Source of the DNA: an uncultured Bacteroidaceae bacterium
GTDB taxonomy: Bacteria > Bacteroidota > Bacteroidia > Bacteroidales > P3
Assembly (NCBI GenBank): GCA_964513825.1
Contig: CAZEOJ010000002.1
Location: forward strand, 1-48,024
Length of the DNA: 48,024 nt
Direction: 5' to 3'
Of this stretch, positions 16,053 through 24,400 are shown piece by piece. The notes beneath the pieces were generated by a model that did no database searches, was not told where the DNA came from, and worked only from the letters and a program-made list of their open reading frames with translations. A program made the translations under genes and the position numbers. The number at the start of each line of letters is the position of its first letter. Positions within the stretch are counted from its first letter, which is position 1.

Positions 16053-17507
16053 ATGAGGTGCCTCCAAACTCGTATTCTTTTTGCAGGAGCGTTAGTCGCC
16101 CTTGTGGTTCTTTGGTGGGTGCTCTGCTTTCCCTGTTTTTGGGCGGCCGAGCAAGCGAGTTTCTTTTGTTTTTTGCGCGAATTTCATATTGAGATTCTTA
16201 TCACCGAAGGCCCGGCCCGTTGGGTGGCGCGTTTCTTGATTCAATTTTGGCACTGGGGAGTAGGGGCCGTGGTTGTGCATCTACTTTTGATGGGCCTTTG
16301 GTTTTCTGAACTTTATTTTCTTTTTCTGCGCAGGGGTTTGCGGATAGGTGGGTTTGTAGCCGCGGCGCTTTTGGCGCCTCTCTATTTTATTTTGGCCTAT
16401 AGAGGCGTGGAGGGCTTGGCCTGGGTGTTACGCCTGATGGCGTTGCTCGCTGTATCCATAGGTATCAAGGCCTTGTTTCACAGGCCTATCGCGCCGAGAA
16501 AAACATGGCCTTCTTGGGTGCTTTTTCTGTTGTTGCCGACTTTGGGGGTAGGGGCCATCTCACTCACTTTCAACCAGGCTTTTAGGGTGCAGCGGACTTT
16601 CTATAAAAGCGAAAAGGCGGCCGAGGCGCAGAATTGGGAAAAGGTCTATCGCATAGCCGCGCGCTATTTCGATGCGCATCCGCAGGAAAACAAGCTTTCG
16701 CAACAAAAGGCCGAATGCCGTGATTTGCTCTCCGTTAACCTCAAACTTGCCCTGCTTAAGACCCGCCGGCTTAACCGCGAATTTTTCTCTTTTGGCCGCG
16801 TGCCGGAAATGCAGGCTATGTTTCCGCACGAGGGTTCGGCGGCGGGCCGCTATAATATCCCTAACATCCGCTTGGCCTGGCAGGCTGGGCTTATGGTGCC
16901 CATGCGCATCTATGCCAACAACCACCTCAATACCCATGGGCTCAGCAATGCCACGGTGAAGTGGATTATTCCCAACAGCATCTATTTAGGGCGCTACGAT
17001 TTGGCCCAACGCTATCTCTACTATCAGGCGCATACAGTAGCCTATCGCAAAGAAGCCCGCTATTGGCAGGCCTATAACAGCCCCGAAGCGGCTACTACCC
17101 ATCCTTATATCAAGCACCATCGTGAGAGCGGCAATGCCCGCACGATAGAAGAAGATATCTTTCTCGACTTTTGGGCGCAGCAAGTCTATAGCCCCCTTTC
17201 CGACACCCTGCTGTTGGACTACAAAACTTTCACCGACCTCTATTATCTGCATTGGGAGAATTTGCCCGCCGATGCCGCCCACTACAGCCGCTTAGGTCTA
17301 CCCTTGCCTATCTATTTGCAAGAGGGCTTGTTTTTGGCACGTACTGATAGGCCTGGAGAGGTTTCCGAGGAGGTAGTGCGCGAATGCCGGCGCGTGGAGG
17401 CGGCTTGCCGGCGTTGGAAAAGCGGAGAACTTAGTTATAGCGAGTTGTGGGCGGCTTGCGGGTCTACCTATATTTTTTATTATTATCTTTCTATAGGGAT
17501 TCTGTAG
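16053..17507 (+). CDS. Family M paralog M5: polytopic membrane protein with a C-terminal soluble domain
   Basis: 484 aa. About 6 hydrophobic segments lie in residues 1-175, followed by a soluble domain. Family motifs are LPIYLQEGLFLA and the aromatic tail CGSTYIFYYYLSIGIL*. It starts 3 nt after the preceding gene. Confidence 0.8.
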   Translation: MRCLQTRILFAGALVALVVLWWVLCFPCFWAAEQASFFCFLREFHIEILITEGPARWVARFLIQFWHWGVGAVVVHLLLMGLWFSELYFLFLRRGLRIGGFVAAALLAPLYFILAYRGVEGLAWVLRLMALLAVSIGIKALFHRPIAPRKTWPSWVLFLLLPTLGVGAISLTFNQAFRVQRTFYKSEKAAEAQNWEKVYRIAARYFDAHPQENKLSQQKAECRDLLSVNLKLALLKTRRLNREFFSFGRVPEMQAMFPHEGSAAGRYNIPNIRLAWQAGLMVPMRIYANNHLNTHGLSNATVKWIIPNSIYLGRYDLAQRYLYYQAHTVAYRKEARYWQAYNSPEAATTHPYIKHHRESGNARTIEEDIFLDFWAQQVYSPLSDTLLLDYKTFTDLYYLHWENLPADAAHYSRLGLPLPIYLQEGLFLARTDRPGEVSEEVVRECRRVEAACRRWKSGELSYSELWAACGSTYIFYYYLSIGIL

Positions 17508-17611
17508 TTGCGCTCCGCATGTCCTAACGAAAACGTCAGAGAAAAACAAGCGGAAAAATCCCTGTTCGCAAAAAAGTTTTCAAAAAATTGTTGAAAACTG
17601 TGTAAAATTGT

Positions 17612-17619
17612 TAAATTTG
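17612..17619 (+). promoter_or_regulatory. Putative -7 promoter box (TAAATTTG) for the FGE-domain/giant-protein operon
   Basis: TAnnTTTG match inside the only sizeable AT-rich intergenic gap (17508..17681), 63 nt upstream of ATG 17682. Confidence 0.4.
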
Positions 17620-17681
17620 TGGCTTGTATGAGCTTGTGCTCAAATTATATTAAAAAGAAAAACAATAAAATAAGTGAGATT

Positions 17682-19721
17682 ATGAAAAAGTTGCTACTCC
17701 TTCTCACCTTGCTGGGCGCTTGTGGGAGCGGTGTTTGGGCTAACAACATCCGCATCATCGGGCTTCCGGTGTTGAAAGATCAAGACGAAAAGGCACACAC
17801 GGTCAAAATTAAGTTCGACCTTGCCTGGGATAATTCCTGGCGCACCTCCAAGCCCAATAACTATGATGCGGCCTGGATTTTCGTAAAGTGCTGGGACGGT
17901 GAGTCTTGGAATCATGTCTATTTAGAAAAAGATGGTGCCATTCCTGGTTCTAAAACGGCGGCTGATGCCGTCAATGCCGGCACCAAATATTCGGTAACTA
18001 ACCGAGACGGTACCAAGGCTGACTTGGCGATGGTTTTGGAACCGGGTTATTCCGTGGCCTGGAAAAAGTGGCAGGTAGACCCCAAGGAAGATTCTGCCAT
18101 CTGCGTGGTGGGCTTCTTCTTGCACCGTGCCACTTCGGGCGCGGGCCATGTGGTGGTGCCGGGCATCACCTTTGTATGGAATTATGGTGATCAGGGTTTT
18201 GTGGACGAAGATGACTTGGTGGTGAAGGTATTCGCCGTAGAAATGGTCTATGTACCTGCGGGTGACTATTACTTAGGAGGTCGTGGCACGGCAGCATCCC
18301 AAAATGGTTCGTTCACCACGAGCACGGGTGCCACTCTCGAGCCTATGGTGGTGACCAGCGAAAAGGAAATTAAGGTGGATAATACGGGTGCAACCAATAC
18401 GCTTTGGGCTTTGAACAATGGTATGGTGGCCGGCACTATTCCTGAAGCCTTTCCCAAGGGGCATCAGGCTTTCTATATTATGAAATACGAGTTGACGCAG
18501 GAAGCCTGGTGCGAATTTCTGAATTCGCTTAACCAAGGCCAGCAGAACGGGCGTGTGCAGACCAATCTGACCACGGCGGCAGTCAATAGTTGGGCTTGGG
18601 GCAGCGACTTGAGGGCATGGCGCAACTATGTCAAGATTAAACAGTCGGCTCCTTCTGTGATTTTCGGTTGCGATGCCAATCTTAACAATACCTATAATCA
18701 GACCGACAAGGTAAAATATGATGATCGCGAATTGGTCCGCAATATAGATGGGCAGGATTTGGCCATGAATTTTGTAAGTTTCAACGACCTTTTGGCCTAT
18801 GCCGAATTTGCAGGTCTGCGGCCTATGACCGAATTGGAATACGAAAAGGCTTGCCGCGGCACGCGCGAACCCGTCAACGACGAATATGCCTGGGGTTCTG
18901 TCACGGCTGTATTTTTTGGGCAGACCAATCCTACGCAGGCCGATTATACAACGCGTAACGGTATTACCAATATAAACACAGGCACGGAGATAGTGGGGCC
19001 GAACTTCAATGTGGGTTTTGTAAGAGGATGGAGTACAACAAATTCTGTGTCAGCAGTTCCTTGGTGGCATGGAAATACTCGGACATGGACTCATACTCAT
19101 ACTTACTATGCAGCACCTCTTCGCGTAGGGCTTTTCGCCGATTCCACTTCCACGCGCGCCGAAGCGGGTGCCACCTTCTGGGGGGTAATGAATATGAGCG
19201 ACAATGTGGCGGAAATGTGTATCTCGGCCTATAATACGGTAGGGCGTGCCTTTGTGGGTACCCACGGTTGCGGGCAGCTTAACCCCAATGGGGAGGCCAC
19301 GCATAAAGATTGGCATATGAGTACCAATGCCAAGTATTATATCCTTAGGGGAATGGTATTTGACGGTCAAGTTACGACTGTGAGTTCTTCGGGATCAGTG
19401 GGTAGAAATACGTGGTGGGGTACCCAAAACAATTGGTGGTCTTGGTGTACAAATGGCACTTGTTATGCTCCGGGTGTGCCTGGTGCGAATGCCACTAATG
19501 CCAATGCCTTTACTACTAACAATGAAATTAAACGTAGTACCGTTGCTGGCGGTAGTAATATGAATGCTTGGCAATATTATGCGGGTATGATTTCTTCCCG
19601 CTATATGTTTAATCACGCCTGCACTCCTGTTGATAGAACTATAACTAACGACGGAAATGCGACGACTGCAAAGCCCATGCGTGGTATCCGTTGCGTGCGC
19701 ACGTATAATGCTACCAAATAA
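17682..19721 (+). CDS. FGE-sulfatase (SUMF1) domain protein, GldJ/GldK/PorK-like, paralog 1
   Basis: Start moved to ATG 17682 (MKKLLLLLTLLGACGSGVWA, a signal peptide with a possible lipobox LGAC). FGE-domain blocks: FYIMKYELTQEAWCEFLNSL, FVSFNDLLAYAEFAGLRPMTELEYEKACRG, GATFWGVMNMSDNVAEMC. The N-terminal module NIRIIG...IKFDLAWDNSWR...YDAAWIFVKCW is shared with the next gene. Confidence 0.8.
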   Translation: MKKLLLLLTLLGACGSGVWANNIRIIGLPVLKDQDEKAHTVKIKFDLAWDNSWRTSKPNNYDAAWIFVKCWDGESWNHVYLEKDGAIPGSKTAADAVNAGTKYSVTNRDGTKADLAMVLEPGYSVAWKKWQVDPKEDSAICVVGFFLHRATSGAGHVVVPGITFVWNYGDQGFVDEDDLVVKVFAVEMVYVPAGDYYLGGRGTAASQNGSFTTSTGATLEPMVVTSEKEIKVDNTGATNTLWALNNGMVAGTIPEAFPKGHQAFYIMKYELTQEAWCEFLNSLNQGQQNGRVQTNLTTAAVNSWAWGSDLRAWRNYVKIKQSAPSVIFGCDANLNNTYNQTDKVKYDDRELVRNIDGQDLAMNFVSFNDLLAYAEFAGLRPMTELEYEKACRGTREPVNDEYAWGSVTAVFFGQTNPTQADYTTRNGITNINTGTEIVGPNFNVGFVRGWSTTNSVSAVPWWHGNTRTWTHTHTYYAAPLRVGLFADSTSTRAEAGATFWGVMNMSDNVAEMCISAYNTVGRAFVGTHGCGQLNPNGEATHKDWHMSTNAKYYILRGMVFDGQVTTVSSSGSVGRNTWWGTQNNWWSWCTNGTCYAPGVPGANATNANAFTTNNEIKRSTVAGGSNMNAWQYYAGMISSRYMFNHACTPVDRTITNDGNATTAKPMRGIRCVRTYNATK

Positions 19722-19746
19722 ATAGTTTCATTTATTTCTGCATACG

Positions 19747-21420
19747 ATGAAAGGTTGCAGGCATATAGTATGGGTGTTGCTTGCCCTCGCTCCGTTTTTC
19801 GGGGCCAGGGCAAGTAATATCCAGATTGCCAATGTGAGTCTCAAGGACCGCGACACTATGGCCGGCACCGTATTCATTAAGTTCGACCTCAGTTGGGAAT
19901 TCTCGTGGAAAGACCGCACCCATGGCAATTGGGATGCGGCCTGGATTTTTGTCAAGGCCTACGAAGACGAGCTCAAGACCTGGAGCCATGTCAATCTTGT
20001 GGCACCCGAGGGGCGGCCCCGCATCAGCGGCGCGAACTGCTATATAGCGGCCCCCCACGAGATAGGTTCGGCCAACGAGCCTATCTGGACCGAGTTCGGC
20101 ACCAGCAACACCGATTTCGGCGAAAAGGTGACGGGCCTGTTTATCTATCGCAAGGATCCCGGCAACGGCCACAACACCATCGAGAATATCCGCCTCAAGT
20201 GGAACTATGCCGCCGATGGCTTCCTGTCGAGCGACAACCTGCAGGTGGCGGTGTTCGGTATAGAAATGGTGTATGTGCCCGAACATGTCTATATCCTGGG
20301 CGACGGCACTTCGACCAACTCCCTCTATGCCGACGGCAAGAACATCATCATCAAGACCGATATCGTGGGCGGCAGCAACGTCATCAAGGCCAGTATGGGG
20401 CATATAGAGACCGAAACGGGTTTTACCTATCAGGGCACGGCCATTCCCGATGTGTTCCCTATGGGGCATAAGGCTTTCTATATGATGAAATACGAGATAA
20501 GCCAACATGCCTATGCCGACTTTCTCAATACTCTTACGGCCGAACAGCAGGTAAAGCGTACCAGCGCCAGCCCTTATGCGGCCCAGGGCACCTTGGCCAT
20601 GATTCCCGCCAAATACAACAGCAATCCCACCCAATACCGCAACTTTATCCGCATCCGTGCCGCAGGTTTGCCTGCCACAGCCGAAAAGGCCTCGGTAGCG
20701 GCCCGCTACGGCAACAGTGTGAGCGGGAGCAACGGCTTGGATGCGTGGGATTTGGAAATGAACGGAGGCAATATAGCCTGCAACTTCCTGTCGTGGAACG
20801 ACGGGGCGGCCTATTTGGATTGGGCCTGCCTGCGGCCTTTCTCCGAATTAGAATACGAAAAGGCCTGCCGGGGCACCAAGTTCCTCAAAGAGGAGATGGC
20901 CTGGGGCGAGAAATACGGCACGGCCATCACGGCATCGGGGGCCACTTGGTTCACCAACGCCAACCAGCCCGACGAAAAGTCGGTGAACAAGGCGGCCAAC
21001 TACATCCCTACAGGCAAGGCGCCTTGGGTGATGCGCGTGGGCGGCTTCTCGGGCGATTCCACCTTGCGCACCGAGGCGGGCGCCACCTACTACGGCATTT
21101 TGAACATGAGCGACAACCTTTGGGAGCGTTGCATCAATGTGAGCACCGACGACGGGCGCAAGTTCATTCCCAACGAGGGCGACGGCAAGTTGGACGAGCT
21201 GGGCGAGGCGGAGGTCTTTCCCGATGCGTTCAGCGTGGATCCTTGTTGGCCCGATGCGTCGGGCAAGGGTACGGGCTTTAGGGGCGGAAAGGTTTCGGAC
21301 CGCACCTATGCCGAAAGTAAGGTCATCATAGCCAACGAGGGCGACAGAACGCCCTATACGGGTTTTAGGGGGGCGCGCTACGCACCGCCTGAGACCCGCT
21401 ACGACCTTAGTGAGTTTTAG
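19747..21420 (+). CDS. FGE-sulfatase (SUMF1) domain protein, GldJ/GldK/PorK-like, paralog 2
   Basis: 557 aa with a signal peptide. Blocks: FYMMKYEISQHAYADFLNTL, FLSWNDGAAYLDWACLRPFSELEYEKACRG, GATYYGILNMSDNLWERC. The same N-terminal module is present (NIQIANVSL...IKFDLSWEFSWK...WDAAWIFVKAY). Confidence 0.85.
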   Translation: MKGCRHIVWVLLALAPFFGARASNIQIANVSLKDRDTMAGTVFIKFDLSWEFSWKDRTHGNWDAAWIFVKAYEDELKTWSHVNLVAPEGRPRISGANCYIAAPHEIGSANEPIWTEFGTSNTDFGEKVTGLFIYRKDPGNGHNTIENIRLKWNYAADGFLSSDNLQVAVFGIEMVYVPEHVYILGDGTSTNSLYADGKNIIIKTDIVGGSNVIKASMGHIETETGFTYQGTAIPDVFPMGHKAFYMMKYEISQHAYADFLNTLTAEQQVKRTSASPYAAQGTLAMIPAKYNSNPTQYRNFIRIRAAGLPATAEKASVAARYGNSVSGSNGLDAWDLEMNGGNIACNFLSWNDGAAYLDWACLRPFSELEYEKACRGTKFLKEEMAWGEKYGTAITASGATWFTNANQPDEKSVNKAANYIPTGKAPWVMRVGGFSGDSTLRTEAGATYYGILNMSDNLWERCINVSTDDGRKFIPNEGDGKLDELGEAEVFPDAFSVDPCWPDASGKGTGFRGGKVSDRTYAESKVIIANEGDRTPYTGFRGARYAPPETRYDLSEF

Positions 21421-21439
21421 TAACTAAAAGGAATTAGGT

Positions 21440-24400
21440 TTGAAACACTTCGACCGCATTCACATAAGGGGGATTCTGTTAGCCGTGGCGCTCTTTCTGG
21501 CTGTTTTGGCCGGAAGCGCGGCCGTGGTGCGCTATCGCTCTACCCTTTCTGCGCCTGCGGTCGAACCGGCGCCTGTTTCGGTATCTGTTCCTATGTCTTC
21601 GGTTGCGGCTCCTGTTTCCGCGCCCGAAATTCCCGTTGCGGCCATGCCTGCGGCGGCTTCGGCAGAACCGGCCGTTGCCGATGACGTAGAATTCGGGCCT
21701 TATGCGGGCGGTATGGCGAGCGGTGTGGAAACGGCGGTTTCCAAATTGTCCAAACCCAGCAAGACGTATGCGGGCGGTATGGCCGACGGTCATGCCAACA
21801 TGCAGATGGTGCGTCCGATTATGGCGCTCTATCATAGCGGTATAGGCGATGGGCACGCCACCGTTACCCTTACGGCCAGACCTTATCTCGGTTATTTAGG
21901 CGGTATAGGTGACGGTCATTCCACCGCCACGATGAAGCCTTCGGCCAATCTGGCCTATTTGGGCGGTTTCGGTGACGGACACACCACCGCCACACAACCC
22001 AATCCTGTGGCGATGGCCTATATGGGCGGCTTTGGCGACGGTAACACCACTGCCACACAACCCGAAGTTCTTGCCAGAGCCTATCTGGGTGGCTTCGGCG
22101 ACGGTCATACCCACGCACAGATGTTTACCGGCCCCGCCGTGGCCTATTTGGGCGGCTTCGGCGACGGCCATACCCACGCACAGATGAAGACAGGCCCTGC
22201 CGTGGCCTATTTGGGTGGTTTCGGCGACGGTCATATCTCTGTAGCCATGAAGACCGGTCCCGCCGTGGCCTATTTGGGCGGTTTCGGCGACGGTCATATC
22301 TCTACCGCCATGAAGGCCCGTCCCGCCGTATCGTATTTGGGCGGTTTCGGCGACGGCCATATCTCCATGGGCATGAAAGCCCTGCCGTCGGTGGCCTATC
22401 TGGGTGGTTTCGGCGACGGTTTCCACAATATCAACAATCCTCTACCCAAGCCTTGGCCTTATATGGGCGGCATAGCCGACGGTTTTATCACCACCTTGGG
22501 CAAAGGCTTGTTTGTGCCTATGTATGCGGGCGGCAAGTCGGACGGTTTTGCCAAACGCGCCGTGCCTTGCGACACCAATCAATATCTGATTTACGCGGTA
22601 GATTCGCTCTGTCCTAAAGATACCTTGTTCTTAGCCACCGACTCGGTGGAATATGCCAACTACTATTGGCGTGGCCCCGATGGCTGGACCTCGCGCGAGC
22701 AGAACCCCATCCGTCCCAACTTCACCACCAAGATGGCGGGTACCTATACGGTCACCATCGACCCGGGTTGCGCCTCGAGCGACGAATTGCCCATGGCCTC
22801 CAAGATCATCAAGGCCATCTATGCCGAACCGGTATATGCCGTCATAGACAGCATGGCGCCTAATATGGGCACGGAGGAACTTTGCTATGGCGACAGTTCG
22901 TTCTTTAGGCTCACCGGCTACGGTTTCGGTGATACGGCCCGTTTTGTATGGAAGATAAACGGTCTCCCCGTTTTGGAGAAGATCAACGATACCACGGCTT
23001 ATTTCGACAGTCTGGCCAACGGCTTCAAGTTGAGCGTGGAGGTATATTCGTCGCTCGGATGCGTCACCGACCGTCCTTACGAGACCAAGCCTATCACCAT
23101 CAAGGCCACCGAAAAGAAAATCGTGAACGTGACCATCGCCGCCGATATCGACCAAAGTCTTACGGATGTGACGGTGTGCGAGGGCTTGCCGCTTACGTTC
23201 GCTTCGGCCTACGTGAATGCGGGCGACAATCCGCGTTTTGTATGGTTGCACAACGAAGACACCGTATTTGACGGTGTTTCCAAGAACGTTATCCGGATAG
23301 ATACGCTCGCCGACGGCGACAGTGTGCGTTTGATGCTCCATTCGAGCATCCATTGTGTGGATTGCCGTCCCAAGGAATCGAACACGCTTCATATCCATGT
23401 CAAGAATCTGCCCGAAATGAAGGTTAGCCCCGAACAGGCCATCAACCTCAACGAGAACGTGGATATCTGGGCTACGGGCGGCAGCGAGTTCGCTCAATAT
23501 GCTTGGACGCCCTGCGCTTCGCTTACCGGCGGCATCTGCGATAAGGATACGGTCAACGCCGCCCCGCGCACCACCACTACCTATCAGGTAACGCTTACCG
23601 AACCGTGGGGTTGCGTGGTGAAGGATACCGTGAGGGTGGAGGTCTACACCGATACGCGTATCATCGAACACGCCAAGAGCGTTACGGTGTGCGACAGCAC
23701 GGAGGCTACCTTCAAGGTGCGTGCTTCGGGTGTGGATGCCCACTACAAATGGCAGGTGGACGAGGGCGACGGCTGGGTGGACATCGATTCTCTGCCCAAG
23801 CCTAATCCGTATTGGGTGGAACAACAGGGTTCCACCAACTGCTTCCTGCATATAGGCAAGGATACGGCGCACAAGACCACGGCTCTGTCTATGGCCATGG
23901 ACGGCTTCAAATACCGTTGCGTGGTGGATGGTCGCAAGGCCACCACGGGTATCCGCGACACGCTCTACTCCAACGATCCTTTGATTATCGGCGACGCTAT
24001 ACTGAGTATCAATCCTATCCAGTATAGTTATCCTTCCATTGTCCGCGCTCCCAACGATACGCTCTGCGAGGGCGAGAACGCCACCTTCAAGCTCAGCTTC
24101 GTAAATACTCCCAGCACCAAGTGCCGCATCGACTGGAAGGTGGATACCTCCATTCTGGCGAGCGGTCAGGATCTCATCTTCACCACGCCGGTCAATAGGG
24201 GTACCCAGATTCAGGCTCTGGTGTACACGGCCTACAGGTGTCCGGCTTTCGATCCCGAGGTTTCGAATGTCTGGGTGGCCGCGGCGCACAAGGCGCCTGT
24301 GGTGAATGCGGGCAAGGATACCACCATTCAATACAATACCACCGGTCTGCTGCACGGCAAGCTTGTGGCGGTGAACCAGGATACCTTGGCCAGCGACACC

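Noticed and set aside
17508-17681. The 174-nt AT-rich intergenic region as a possible small RNA, riboswitch or tRNA
   Set aside because: No cloverleaf or conserved riboswitch-like structure is recognisable by eye. The region is best explained as the promoter and 5' UTR of the FGE-like/adhesin operon.
21479-22426. Minus-strand ORFs 21479..21856, 21870..22118 and 21896..22426, with repetitive AETAQIGHGG-like peptides
   Set aside because: Their periodicity is simply the reverse complement of the + strand YLGGFGDGH 63-nt repeat. The + frame is continuous with the rest of the giant ORF.
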